IMG/VR virus record: IMGVR_UViG_2901146262_000001
Span: 32,001-96,000 of that record
Direction: 5' to 3' (one strand)
DNA from: a virus
Taxonomy: Duplodnaviria; Caudoviricetes
DNA: 64,000 nucleotides
Below, piece by piece: positions 1 to 10,336 of the stretch (positions are counted from its first letter, which is position 1; each line of letters starts with the position of its first letter). The position numbers and the translations under genes are program-made. Under the pieces are notes generated by a model that did not search any database, was not told where the DNA came from, and worked only from the letters and a program-made list of their open reading frames with translations.

Positions 1-92
1 CTTACAGATCCATTTGATTCGATGTTTCCAAAATATAAGTCCCATCCACATAGATTGCGTACTGGAACTTTCTTTTCTGCACTTATTGTCAT
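1..92 (-). CDS. 5' part of a head-associated protein running off the window edge
   Basis: ATG at 92 with RBS AAGGAGG; MTISAEKKVPVRNLCGWDLYF...; lies downstream of the capsid gene. Confidence 0.6.
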   Translation of the reverse strand, partial: MTISAEKKVPVRNLCGWDLYFGNIESNGSV

Positions 93-173
93 TCAATATT
101 TCCTCCTTTTAATCCTAAAAGTAAGAGCAGGGAAGGGGAGACCAACTCTACTCTTATTCAATATATATTCTAT

Positions 174-950
174 CTAAACCTCTACCTGATACCTCATATC
201 CCAAGATACCCCTTGGATAAAATATAGAAAATCTTCTTTGACAACATTTTGCTTGCCAAACTGAAAGTGATATAGACTATGACATGATTCGCATAGTGTT
301 ATGCCATTATCTATATTCACTCTATTTTCAATATCCCAACTGTATCCATTCAGATGATGTGCCTCTAAAGATTCACCCAATTGACCGCAGTGTTGACACG
401 TATATCCATCTCTCACAAATACAGAATTTCTCCATTCGTGATACTCTCTATACTTTCTGTCAGCCAAACGTTCTTCATCGGTCTTATCGTGCTTCCAATT
501 CGGATGGTTCTCGCCGTTTCTTTCTGGTCTTTTAACGCCTTTTAGCTTATTGGATATCTTCCTTTTCCCACACTCTTTACACCTTTTGCCTTCTTTGAAT
601 TTTCCGAAAGATATTTTCGAAACATTTCCACATTCACATATGTAGTCAAGTTTTTCTCTATTGTTTTTATAAGTAGGTGATAGAAGGGTGCACCCATTGT
701 CTTCGAAATACTGCTTAACGTCTTCGTATTTTCTTCTGTATCTTGCGGACATTCTGCTTCCCATACACCCTCTACACCCTTTTGCAGTTCTAACATCTCT
801 TAGAGTCTTTCTTGTCTTTCTGCCACATATACAAATTGCATCCATAGGCGTATCAACATTAATATACTCGTCCTCTAAGAGCGTAAAACCATTGCTGAGA
901 AAAACTTCTTTTACATACTCAATATCGTACCTTGTGTTTCTTTGACTCAT
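174..950 (-). CDS. HNH homing endonuclease with N-terminal zinc-ribbon repeats
   Basis: C-terminal CQHCG...EAHH...NGITLCESCH HNH motif; two repeated CxCG...CxxC units. Confidence 0.88.
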   Translation of the reverse strand: MSQRNTRYDIEYVKEVFLSNGFTLLEDEYINVDTPMDAICICGRKTRKTLRDVRTAKGCRGCMGSRMSARYRRKYEDVKQYFEDNGCTLLSPTYKNNREKLDYICECGNVSKISFGKFKEGKRCKECGKRKISNKLKGVKRPERNGENHPNWKHDKTDEERLADRKYREYHEWRNSVFVRDGYTCQHCGQLGESLEAHHLNGYSWDIENRVNIDNGITLCESCHSLYHFQFGKQNVVKEDFLYFIQGVSWDMRYQVEV

Positions 951-954
951 TTAT

Positions 955-2040
955 TTAGGCTTGTGGAGCATCAAAGTTAGTATCAGAAATGATACCAATA
1001 GCGTCGGGTTGCGCTATTCCGCTTCCGATTTCGAGGTCAAAACGTGTAACTTCTTCACCATTCTCTACATGGAATCCAGTCGCAGAAGTAAGATCTCCAC
1101 GTTGAACAACCTGTAGAGGCGAAATCATTCCAGAATTCTTAGGAATAACATACATTAATCCTTCAGGAAGAAGTGTAGTATAGTTATCACCAGCAGAATT
1201 TAAAGTAGTACGGTCATATTGGTTAGGCAACTCTTGAACAGGAGCGCCACCATACATTCCCAAGAATCCAGCTTGACGAATTTCTTCTAGTGCTGCATCA
1301 GAGAAGTTCTTAGGAGCATTTTGTCCAAAACCATTGAATCCATTAACTTGAGAGACAACTGAGTAGTCACCAACAATAGATGGTCGACCATTACGACGAA
1401 CCTTTGTTAAAACATCATCAACACTTTCCTTCAGAATTCCGTCAGTTTCAGCAAAGTATTTTACACCAGTATGATTTTTTACTTCATTGTACAGTGTAGT
1501 CAATACATAGTTCATTGCCTTGTTATGCATATCAGTTTTAACCTGCTCGATACCTTCGGATACTTTGTTAAGATTTCCAGACAAAAGTTCACGATAGTTA
1601 ATAGCAAAACCACCAGAAATGGTTTGAGTTGCCATTGGAGATTCTTCCCATTGAACAGTAGAAAGCGGCACGTCACCTTGACTAGCTTGGAAGCCAGAAC
1701 GAGTAGTGTGCTTGTATTTAGTCAACATAACTTGATCAGCATAGCCAACCTTTGTAAATTTGCCCATAAAATCAAACAGATCAATACGAGTTTGCAGCGG
1801 GGATTCTAAAGCGATACGTACATACGAGTTGATCTCAGCTTTAGCAAGACCATCACCAGCATCAGCCTTGCTCGATAAATCAGCGATATGCTTCATTACT
1901 GTATCAACGTTCTTGCCATATTTAGTTGTATCTTCACCTTTAATGATAGCAGAGAAAATTTCTACTGCCTTTGAGTTTTTGTTTATTTTAGTGTTAAAGT
2001 TCGCATCTCGACGAACGTTATTTAATTCAATTCCGTACAT
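955..2040 (-). CDS. Major capsid protein (SPbeta YonB-like)
   Basis: 361 aa; position after portal and scaffold in SPbeta order; highly expressed codon style. Confidence 0.8.
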   Translation of the reverse strand: MYGIELNNVRRDANFNTKINKNSKAVEIFSAIIKGEDTTKYGKNVDTVMKHIADLSSKADAGDGLAKAEINSYVRIALESPLQTRIDLFDFMGKFTKVGYADQVMLTKYKHTTRSGFQASQGDVPLSTVQWEESPMATQTISGGFAINYRELLSGNLNKVSEGIEQVKTDMHNKAMNYVLTTLYNEVKNHTGVKYFAETDGILKESVDDVLTKVRRNGRPSIVGDYSVVSQVNGFNGFGQNAPKNFSDAALEEIRQAGFLGMYGGAPVQELPNQYDRTTLNSAGDNYTTLLPEGLMYVIPKNSGMISPLQVVQRGDLTSATGFHVENGEEVTRFDLEIGSGIAQPDAIGIISDTNFDAPQA

Positions 2041-2094
2041 GTTCTATTACCTCCGAGTTTAATATTTTAGTTTATGTATTATAATATTACTTAA

Positions 2095-2538
2095 TTATGC
2101 TTTAACAATAGCCTCTACGCCATTAGGTGTTTTAGCAGTTACTTCCAGTTGAATTGCATGATCGTCATCTTCTCCAGCTTTTACCCATTTACCTGTTCCA
2201 GCTTCAACTACTAATTTGTCGCCTACGGCAGATTGGCCGGACAGGGCAGCGGTACCTACTTCAACAGGAAGTTCTTTTGCATCATGAAGTAAGAATGCAC
2301 GAACGAATTCACCTTTTTCTACTTTAAAGTCAGCTGAGTTACGAATCTCCGGCTTATCAATGATGTTAAATACTACAAATAATTCAGTACCCTTTGCGCC
2401 TTCTGTGTCAGGTAGGTTGGCTTCCTTTGCTACTTCATCCAAAGTTACAGCTAATCCATTTACCAAATCCTCCTGTGCCTTACAACGCGGGTTGTTACGA
2501 ACGTGATTATAAGCACTAATTGTTACAAAGTTAAACAT
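2095..2538 (-). CDS. Capsid-associated/decoration protein (YonC-like)
   Basis: 147 aa between scaffold and capsid; synteny only. Confidence 0.55.
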   Translation of the reverse strand: MFNFVTISAYNHVRNNPRCKAQEDLVNGLAVTLDEVAKEANLPDTEGAKGTELFVVFNIIDKPEIRNSADFKVEKGEFVRAFLLHDAKELPVEVGTAALSGQSAVGDKLVVEAGTGKWVKAGEDDDHAIQLEVTAKTPNGVEAIVKA

Positions 2539-2589
2539 GTTTATATTCCTCCTATAAATTTTAATTTATTTTTTATTTTACAAGTTATT

Positions 2590-3750
2590 TTATAGCAACT
2601 CGTCAATAGATGATTCTGTATCTTCCTCAAGTATGTCACCAAAAATATAACTATTTTGTTCAGACTTTTTATCTTTATCGTCTTTATCTCTTTTCTTCTT
2701 ATCTTCGTCTTCAGTAGCTTGTTTTTTCTTACGATCTTCCACAATCTTCTTGGCAATATCTGAGTTGATTTCATTTACAATTTCAGATACTTTTTCAGCA
2801 GAAGGGGACTTAGAGAAAGTTTCAATTTTATCCTTAGAAACAGATTTCTCCTCATCTGTGTAAGCGGAAAGTTTTTCATTCAGTTCTGCAGCTAACTTCT
2901 CGCCTTCAGCCTTCTGTTTGAATTCACGAAGCTCATTTACCTCACCCTGAATTCCTTCTAATTCTTTCTTTTTATCATTCAACTCTTGGATAACAGTATT
3001 AAGCTCATTGGTTTTTTTCTCTAACTTTCCACCTAGCTCATTTAACTCAGTATCCTTTGTACCTGCTTGAACTTTTAGCTTATTGATCTCAGTATCTTTA
3101 CCATCAATTTTGCTATTTAATTCTGCAATTAACTCTTTTGACATTTTCTTGTCCTCCTTAAATTTATTTATCTCTAACAGTACGGCACTATCGTCTGCGG
3201 GAGTTTCTGATAATATTGCATGACCTGAATACTGATACTCCATAGGTACTCTGCCAGCCTCTTTCCATCCATCTTCATAAATGATGTTTTTGTGAGGGTG
3301 AGAAGCGCATATCTCAACTGAGCTTTTAACCTGCTCGAATTCATTAACTTCTTTAATCCACTTTATAAAATTAGGAAATCTCTGGTTGTAAAGATGACCG
3401 TATCCAACCAATACAGTTTTCATTTCTTTATTTATTTCAACATTTTCAATCTTGGCGTCATTCATAGTCCCTACGACAACAGAATTCTGAAAGTAAACTT
3501 CTCCATCGTCATCAACATAGACATCGCCATGACCTAAAGGCATGTCAAAATCATCATCCACAAACTCTGCAACGATAGGTGAGCCGCTAATTGTACTTAT
3601 CTGTTTTTCTACATACTCTCTTTTCCAACTAATTCCATTTTTGTTATATTCATCAGGAGAGCTATATATTTCATGCATCACAATTCTGATAGGAGTTATT
3701 CCAGTTCTTTTGTTATTCTCAGCCACTTCTATATACATTTTTCTCACCAC
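2590..3750 (-). CDS. Prohead protease/scaffold protein (YonD-like)
   Basis: N-terminal protease-like region (GH, SSVEI), C-terminal coiled coil with repeated ELN motifs; follows portal. Confidence 0.7.
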   Translation of the reverse strand: MVRKMYIEVAENNKRTGITPIRIVMHEIYSSPDEYNKNGISWKREYVEKQISTISGSPIVAEFVDDDFDMPLGHGDVYVDDDGEVYFQNSVVVGTMNDAKIENVEINKEMKTVLVGYGHLYNQRFPNFIKWIKEVNEFEQVKSSVEICASHPHKNIIYEDGWKEAGRVPMEYQYSGHAILSETPADDSAVLLEINKFKEDKKMSKELIAELNSKIDGKDTEINKLKVQAGTKDTELNELGGKLEKKTNELNTVIQELNDKKKELEGIQGEVNELREFKQKAEGEKLAAELNEKLSAYTDEEKSVSKDKIETFSKSPSAEKVSEIVNEINSDIAKKIVEDRKKKQATEDEDKKKRDKDDKDKKSEQNSYIFGDILEEDTESSIDELL

Positions 3751-3767
3751 CTTTAAAGCTGCCGAGT

Positions 3768-5285
3768 TTATTCAACTGGATTGCTCCCATTATTTTTATT
3801 TTTCATTGTATTTTCATTATCGCTATCATCATTAATCGGTTTCTGATCAACTCCGTCTTTATTAGTTTGGGTGAATGCAGTCTGATTCGGAGGATACTTT
3901 TCAGTAAACCCTTCTTCTTTTTCATAATCCAATAACGACAAATAAGCATCTGAAGACATGCCAGTGCTAGATATCCAAGCGATTAGAGACCCACCACCAT
4001 GTGTATATAACTCTTTCATATTACGGATCATATCTTTACGGTTAACGTGTGTGATAGGCATGTAATAGACTTCTATGTATGTTTTACTATCATTTATAAT
4101 GTTGGCATTAATAACTTTATTAAATTCCTCTTGAATCTGTTCTTGCCAGCTAAATAATTCAGATGAAACCAATTCTAAATTGGACTTCTGACCAGATAAA
4201 CTTCCACCTTGACCGTTTAGCGCACTACCAGCAAATCCTAAACTGGTAGATATCCTATTGATTAACTCGTCCTCACCTTTGACTTTTAACATTTCAATGT
4301 TTGTAGTTAATTTATCCAACTTCGTACCAGATGCGATTGAGAAGAAATTTACTCCTTTGGTAGCACCTTTTGTGAATAAAGCTGATTTAATATTGTCATG
4401 CTGACGCTTTTGTTGTTTTGTAGTCAAAGAAGACTGACCACTTTTTTCACCTTCTGGAAAAGTTTGATATATAACCGTACTATTTACGTCATCTAATACT
4501 TTTCTTTTAGTGTCAACAAAATACTCGTCGTATAACATGTCAACATACCCAGCCATACCTAATGGGCGACCCCATCTTTCATCCATTTTAGATCGTATCT
4601 TTACAGTAATGGTTCTATCATTGTCCAATATTGCCCACTTTTTATTAAAATCAGCTTTATACGCTTTATACGCTCGTCTGATTTCTGTGGGATATCTTAA
4701 CAACTTTTTAGATCTTCCTTTTCCAGTAAATTGATCAAAATATTCGCAGTTAAAAGCTACTATGTAAGATGAATTTCTAGTTCCTACAATCCGACAATAG
4801 TCAGTAGGGAGGGGGATTGCACTACAAACCACTTCAGAATTTAACTCTATAGAATCTATATCCTGATCACTCATATGTTTAGGAAAAGGTTTATTTTCCT
4901 CAGTTTCAAAATAGTAAAATGATATACCTTCTAACGCCACCTTGAAAAATATATCCCTAGCAATCCTTTTATCTTTCATTTTTAATAAAGTGTCATTAAA
5001 CTTTTCTCTATTATCTTTAAATCTGTTATGATTTTTGTTTTTACCATGCACAATTTTATCCAAAGTAGGGAGGGCTACCATATAATCTATAGTATTTGTG
5101 TATATGCCATTTGAGTTATATAGTATTCTTGACGCATTCCTCAGTTCTTTATTGAATTGCATTGGTCTTTTTAGCCAAGTCTTTACACTATCAATGTTAA
5201 TGCCAGTAAATCTTCCACCTACAATAATAGATTCAGTCGTTAGATCCATATTTAATTCATAATTATTTTGCTCACTTTCAGCCAT
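3768..5285 (-). CDS. Portal protein (YonE-like)
   Basis: 505 aa directly after terminase large subunit; RWGRP motif. Confidence 0.8.
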   Translation of the reverse strand: MAESEQNNYELNMDLTTESIIVGGRFTGINIDSVKTWLKRPMQFNKELRNASRILYNSNGIYTNTIDYMVALPTLDKIVHGKNKNHNRFKDNREKFNDTLLKMKDKRIARDIFFKVALEGISFYYFETEENKPFPKHMSDQDIDSIELNSEVVCSAIPLPTDYCRIVGTRNSSYIVAFNCEYFDQFTGKGRSKKLLRYPTEIRRAYKAYKADFNKKWAILDNDRTITVKIRSKMDERWGRPLGMAGYVDMLYDEYFVDTKRKVLDDVNSTVIYQTFPEGEKSGQSSLTTKQQKRQHDNIKSALFTKGATKGVNFFSIASGTKLDKLTTNIEMLKVKGEDELINRISTSLGFAGSALNGQGGSLSGQKSNLELVSSELFSWQEQIQEEFNKVINANIINDSKTYIEVYYMPITHVNRKDMIRNMKELYTHGGGSLIAWISSTGMSSDAYLSLLDYEKEEGFTEKYPPNQTAFTQTNKDGVDQKPINDDSDNENTMKNKNNGSNPVE

Positions 5286-5296
5286 TCATTCACCTC

Positions 5297-7018
5297 CTAA
5301 TTGAAGAAAAAACCGAATTCGTATTCTTCACCGCTGTGTGATTCATCTTCAAAGTTCTTGATAAACCATAACCCATAAGCGACAGCGGAATATCTGTCTT
5401 TATCAATCTTCCTAACAACTTGCTCAACAGTGTACTTTCCACTGTTTAACTCTTTTAATTTTAAGTTAGCAATCTCCTCAATCAATATGTCTGTCTGCAT
5501 AAAAGGGGCAATCCTCTTCAGATCATCATCATCATTTATGTCATAATTAGCATTATCAACTTTTTCTAATAGCAGTAGCTTCTGAGCTTCCACCATGTCG
5601 ATAAAGTTTATTATTATGTCGCTATTGATACCTTGAGAATGAAGGTCGTAGACTATCTTTTCAGCATCACTGCTTTCTGGAACCCTATCTGTGTTGATTG
5701 TGCTCCAACATCCAAGACTATCTCCTGTTTTCGGATCAAATGTTTCCTTAAGAACCTCATCAATGATAGCTGTTCCCAATCCATTCCCATCAATTACTAC
5801 TTTTGAAGCATTGAATACTTTCTTTATTTTTTTCAATTCAATAGCCTGTGACTCAAAGTTCAATCCGTTCGGCAGGTTGATAATATTTACAAGTCTTATA
5901 TGTTTTATTCTTCCGTTTTTTGTCCTATCAAGCTTAAGAACTGCTATGGAAGACTGGTTATTTGATGTGTCGTCACTTCTAGCAACGTCCATAGCCAATA
6001 TATATTCACTTCGCCCATCTGTTTTGTATTCCGGCTTTGTCATTACCCTTAAATCCATGACCTTTTTAATATCTACAAGAGCAGAAGAACTTGCACCGAC
6101 CCAACGACTTTCATAGTTTAAAGCAAAGAAAGTGGGGGAGAGCTTCTCCTTTTTACTTAATATTTGAGATTTCGTTTCACCCCTACCGAAAGAATGAGCC
6201 AATTGCCAATCCGATCCAATCAGAAATACGCCCTTTAGGTTAATCATGTCTTTATAGAGAGCTATGTTTCTATCGTATTCGGATGTGCCTCTGAACCAGC
6301 TGGTCGTGAAGAAATTAATTTGTCCATTCATCTCTTCAGGGTTTACAGCTGAATTTTTCCCAATAGTTCTTCTTGGTATATTTACAATCGGCTCTAGAAC
6401 ATCCTGAAAAAGATCATTGTTTATTTGAGCAGCTTCTTCGACGTTTAATCTTTTTCTTCTTGCTCCCTTTGTTGATTGCTGGTTTGCCAAAACATCTATT
6501 CTTCCGCCAGATGTGAAGACAACTTCCACGCTATCCTTGGAGGATCTATACGTTTGAACTTCTTCTTTAAGGAGAGGGAAGTGCTTCATTATTTCCCTAT
6601 GTTTCTCATCAACCAGTTTAGCTGCGTTCTCTCTAGTTTGAGCTGTCATGGATATATCAATATCAGGAAAGAATATTGCAGCATGATACATTCCTAGTAT
6701 TTCGAGGTATGTCTTGCCATAACCACGCGGAAATACGCCATATGTAGAGAGAAATCTCGACATAGCTCTAAGGAATACACGCTGGTCTAAGTCAAGTCTA
6801 ATTCCACCAACTTCAGGTGTTATTAAGTCGAAAAATAAATCTGGATAAAACCTACCCCAGACAACAAAATCTTTATACTTATGAATGTTTTTTGTAAAAT
6901 TATCATCCTCAGTTTCACTTCTGCCTTTAACATGTCCGACAAACTGAGGCTCGTTCCTATTGTGTCTATTCCTGGTGTGTTTGGCGCTTTTAGATTGGAA
7001 GTTGCCGTGAGATGCCAT
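5297..7018 (-). CDS. terL: Terminase large subunit
   Basis: Walker A PRGYGKT, Walker B LNVEEA, nuclease motifs AMDVA, IDGNGLG, KDRYSA. Confidence 0.93.
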   Translation of the reverse strand: MASHGNFQSKSAKHTRNRHNRNEPQFVGHVKGRSETEDDNFTKNIHKYKDFVVWGRFYPDLFFDLITPEVGGIRLDLDQRVFLRAMSRFLSTYGVFPRGYGKTYLEILGMYHAAIFFPDIDISMTAQTRENAAKLVDEKHREIMKHFPLLKEEVQTYRSSKDSVEVVFTSGGRIDVLANQQSTKGARRKRLNVEEAAQINNDLFQDVLEPIVNIPRRTIGKNSAVNPEEMNGQINFFTTSWFRGTSEYDRNIALYKDMINLKGVFLIGSDWQLAHSFGRGETKSQILSKKEKLSPTFFALNYESRWVGASSSALVDIKKVMDLRVMTKPEYKTDGRSEYILAMDVARSDDTSNNQSSIAVLKLDRTKNGRIKHIRLVNIINLPNGLNFESQAIELKKIKKVFNASKVVIDGNGLGTAIIDEVLKETFDPKTGDSLGCWSTINTDRVPESSDAEKIVYDLHSQGINSDIIINFIDMVEAQKLLLLEKVDNANYDINDDDDLKRIAPFMQTDILIEEIANLKLKELNSGKYTVEQVVRKIDKDRYSAVAYGLWFIKNFEDESHSGEEYEFGFFFN

Positions 7019-7905
7019 TAATCTCCTTCCTCCTCTATAATTCCGTATTCGTCCTCGTATTCAGATTTTCTTTCCTCATAAAATTCATACACATCTTTGT
7101 AGTCAATTAAAGACTTCCCTTCTAGGTCTCTGGCGTAATTAATGTAACTCCAAATAGTGAAATCAACCTTATCCTTTGGCCTTGACTTGAATTGAGGTAG
7201 TATTGATATGATATCCTCGACTTGCTCAGTGGCTCTGACTATCTGACCAACAGTATCTAATCCATCCGTCAGATCAGCTTGAGATAATTGAGAGGGATTT
7301 ATTTTAGCGTCTGTAGCTGCCTTGGAAGCAAGTGTGCCCCATTCCTTGGCATCTTTAACATCGCCTTTCGCGGTTGAAAGCTCTTCCTTTACCCGATATC
7401 TGATGTAAGTAAATAGAGCCTCCGTATGCATGGATGTTTTTTCTGGATAGTTGTTTTTAAGTACTGCATATTTTCTTTCGAACAGTGTATACTCTTCCGG
7501 TGTATATCCAGATCCCCATCTATTCTCCATAACATCTAAATCCACATAGTTGTCATTTTCTTTAGTTTTCTCTAGAATAATACTGTCTCCGAAATCGCTG
7601 TTATCCCATGATAATCCTCTATACTGAGGAAGTGAGTTGATTTGTCTAAAGTAATTACCAGATACGTCACAGTCGTCCCACAATGACTGAATAAAAGGTT
7701 TATTCATTGCATGTAGTATCATTAAGACTATTTCATATCCATTTTCCCCATTGGACAGATTGCCGACGCAAGTTACACACATATGGAACCTTCCATCAGG
7801 ATAAAGTGGAGAGTTATCACATTTATAAAACCTTTGCAGAGTCAAAACTTTCTTACACTCCACACATTCTTTTTTTGGCTGTATTTTATTTTTTTTAGTT
7901 GTCAA
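7018..7905 (-). CDS. Zinc-finger protein, probable terminase small subunit (YonG-like)
   Basis: CxxC...CxxC N-terminus; translationally coupled to terL. Confidence 0.6.
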   Translation of the reverse strand: MTTKKNKIQPKKECVECKKVLTLQRFYKCDNSPLYPDGRFHMCVTCVGNLSNGENGYEIVLMILHAMNKPFIQSLWDDCDVSGNYFRQINSLPQYRGLSWDNSDFGDSIILEKTKENDNYVDLDVMENRWGSGYTPEEYTLFERKYAVLKNNYPEKTSMHTEALFTYIRYRVKEELSTAKGDVKDAKEWGTLASKAATDAKINPSQLSQADLTDGLDTVGQIVRATEQVEDIISILPQFKSRPKDKVDFTIWSYINYARDLEGKSLIDYKDVYEFYEERKSEYEDEYGIIEEEGD

Positions 7906-8205
7906 TCCTTACATAACCTCCTTCAATTCTATTCCCTTTACACTATAAAACTACCTAATAAAAAATAAATCGATGAGAATAGGAGAGGGGAAGGGATGTT
8001 AAAACCTCTCCTAAGTTAGTCGCGATAGCTAATCACAACATATCTCTAAGTAGTATAAGAAAATCAAAAAAGACTCTCTTAATCGATACCCAATAGAGTC
8101 TAGTCAGTATTGGATATCTCAAAAAGAATCTTAGTGTACAAAAAACCGGTAATCGCTTTGCGAAAACTGGATGCTCCTTTTACATCTTGGTAAATGAGCT
8201 ATTTT

Positions 8206-8323
8206 ATGGTGACAGGTCGGCACTCCTGCATCTCTTTTAGCTTGGCGTTATCTTCCGACGGAATAATTAACCGACTTTTGTTGCATTAGCCAAGCGCGTG
8301 GGGAACCTTTCCCACCTCACCAT
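8206..8323 (-). ncRNA. Candidate structured ncRNA
   Basis: GC-richer island with closing stem AUGGUG/CACCAU and stems GUGGG/CCCAC, GCUUGGC/GCCAAGC, GCAGG/CCUGU; no ORF. Confidence 0.5.
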
Positions 8324-8531
8324 GTATTAAAAGTTGACAATGTTACACATTTTCTAGAACATTATAAAGCCTTCCTAGCAAGGCGCTCAGAGTCAACTGT
8401 CCGAGCATATTTTAAAGATCGCACTTATGGAGGCGAAATTCCAATCCGCTGGTAGCTATCCAGATTTTTTATCGTCATGAAGACGAAAGTCGTACATTGG
8501 TTTGGTTAAGATAAAAGAATCCTTTTATAAC

Positions 8532-8885
8532 TTACTCTTCTGGATCTGGATTATCAGTCTTCAATTCATCTATCTGCGCCTGTAATCCTGAAATTAAATC
8601 ATCTACCTCAGACTTAGGGTATACGTCACCTGAATTGGCTTTATCAGCTACCTTACCAGCCAGATCATCAACAGATGTTGCGGTTGCTAATCCCGATACA
8701 TCTGGAATAGAGGGAGTATTAGTTAAATCATTATAGCTATGTGTGTGGCTATCATCGGCTTTTTGTCCAACTAAATCAGTTAACGCGCTTATATCAGTGT
8801 CTACCTCTGCGAGTTTTCCATCTACGTAATCACCATCTACAAATCCTTCTAAATCACTCTTTTTAGCAATTTCAATTCCTGCCAT
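8532..8885 (-). CDS. Hypothetical virion-like protein with fibre-type HTH(S/Y) repeat
   Basis: KADDSHTHSYNDLTNTP resembles tail-fibre repeats; acidic. Confidence 0.5.
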   Translation of the reverse strand: MAGIEIAKKSDLEGFVDGDYVDGKLAEVDTDISALTDLVGQKADDSHTHSYNDLTNTPSIPDVSGLATATSVDDLAGKVADKANSGDVYPKSEVDDLISGLQAQIDELKTDNPDPEE

Positions 8886-8887
8886 TA

Positions 8888-9100
8888 TTACACCACCTGT
8901 TCCACATAAACTTTATTATCTTCTATGTACATTCTAGAATTCTTGTTTTCTTCATCAAAATAAACATTGTCGTTTTCATCAATATAAATAGGGTCGGTAG
9001 GGGAGAATATAATATTTCCATCTTCCAATTTTACATCTTCGCCGCCAGAACCCGTTCTACTAGAGCCAAATCCACCTAAGAAATATCCTTGTCCTAACAT
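8888..9100 (-). CDS. Hypothetical protein
   Basis: ORF coupled to neighbours; start likely ATG at 9100. Confidence 0.55.
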   Translation of the reverse strand: MLGQGYFLGGFGSSRTGSGGEDVKLEDGNIIFSPTDPIYIDENDNVYFDEENKNSRMYIEDNKVYVEQVV

Positions 9101-9357
9101 TATCTTCCACCTACCCAAAAATACTGAATGTTATCTTCTAAGAACTTAAATGACTTAACATATACGTCAGACTGGTCAGTGGAAAATCCTATTCCAGACT
9201 TTAAGAAAATTGGATCGCTGCCATTAATACTTACGGTAGAATCTCCTTCATTCATCAAGCTGAATTTATAAAACTTAGAAGCTGTTGGTAGTATTTCTTC
9301 ATTTGCTACACTAGTTTTAATAGAATCCGTTCCATGAAAACTTGAACCATATTGCAT
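9100..9357 (-). CDS. Hypothetical beta-rich protein
   Basis: RBS AAGGAGAG, 85 aa. Confidence 0.65.
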   Translation of the reverse strand: MQYGSSFHGTDSIKTSVANEEILPTASKFYKFSLMNEGDSTVSINGSDPIFLKSGIGFSTDQSDVYVKSFKFLEDNIQYFWVGGR

Positions 9358-9395
9358 TTACATCTCTCCTTTTTGATTATAATAGGGAGGATGTA

Positions 9396-9620
9396 CTATT
9401 CACCATCTTCATCCTCGTTTTGATCTTCGTCTTTTAATTCAACGGGTGTGATACGCACAATGGAGTAGCGCTGCACCACGACTGCTCTCGATCCACTTCC
9501 TAATGCAATCATATTGTGCTTGCTATCATTCAAACGTTCTGCAATCTCCTCAGCATCATAGTTATCAATCGTTAAGTTTTTAATGATACCATCATTCATC
9601 TTTACCTCAACTTCAGCCAA
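9396..9620 (-). CDS. Hypothetical protein
   Basis: TTG start with RBS, operonic. Confidence 0.6.
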   Translation of the reverse strand: MAEVEVKMNDGIIKNLTIDNYDAEEIAERLNDSKHNMIALGSGSRAVVVQRYSIVRITPVELKDEDQNEDEDGE

Positions 9621-9622
9621 TT

Positions 9623-10066
9623 TTACTCACCACCATCTTGTTTGGCATCCTTACTGTCTTCTCCTTCAAATCCGCTATACAAATGTTCAAATGCAACAGC
9701 TTCTTTGCCATCCCATTCAACTTCGCAGTCCTCAACTGAATTCTTAACAGACTTTAAAGCGACCTGTGAGTCTCCGCCATCAATTACAATTTTATCCTCA
9801 TAGAACTCTTGCATAATTTTCCGAAACTCTTCAATATCAACTTTAAGATCTAAAGTTCCATTTTCTTTTATTTTTGGTTCATCATCTTCATTTAAATGGC
9901 TGTGATCCTTACGAATTTCCTTTTCTTCTTTAATAATTCTATCTAATTTTTCTTTTAACTGATTAGCTAACCGTGTTCTATGTATAGATTTCATACCTTT
10001 TAGAGGCATTTTTTCTAGTACGGACACACAATTTCCAACCTGAATATTTTCTAACTTTAATTGCAT
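9623..10066 (-). CDS. Hypothetical phage protein (DUF1617-like)
   Basis: RBS GGAGG; LKGMKSIHRTRL resembles DUF1617 family. Confidence 0.5.
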   Translation of the reverse strand: MQLKLENIQVGNCVSVLEKMPLKGMKSIHRTRLANQLKEKLDRIIKEEKEIRKDHSHLNEDDEPKIKENGTLDLKVDIEEFRKIMQEFYEDKIVIDGGDSQVALKSVKNSVEDCEVEWDGKEAVAFEHLYSGFEGEDSKDAKQDGGE

Positions 10067-10093
10067 TTTATTTCCTCCGTTTATTCCAAATTA

Positions 10094-10336
10094 TTACTGA
10101 TAATTATCTTCATTATTTCTGTTTAAAAGATCAGTTTTAACCTCAATATCACGTATGATCATGTCTTTTTGACCTAATTCATAAGCATCCTCAAATAATC
10201 CACGTAAAACAGCTAATTTTTCATCATTGGTTTCACACTCAAGAACTATTTCGAAGTATTCTTCTGTAATTTGACAAGCTTCGCAGTCACATTCTTCATC
10301 ATTTTGATCATCTGGAAAGTTGTAGATATCTGCCAT
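10094..10336 (-). CDS. Acidic hypothetical protein with CxCxxC
   Basis: RBS AAGGA; ECDCEAC. Confidence 0.6.
   Translation of the reverse strand: MADIYNFPDDQNDEECDCEACQITEEYFEIVLECETNDEKLAVLRGLFEDAYELGQKDMIIRDIEVKTDLLNRNNEDNYQ

Noticed and set aside
8206-8323. Canonical tRNA or tmRNA
   Set aside because: No TTC T-loop or 7-nt anticodon loop; too short for tmRNA and no tag ORF
8470-8496. Hammerhead ribozyme (ATGAA-GACGAAAGTC-GTAC)
   Set aside because: The core CUGANGA and GAAA are not intact and flanking stems are not evident
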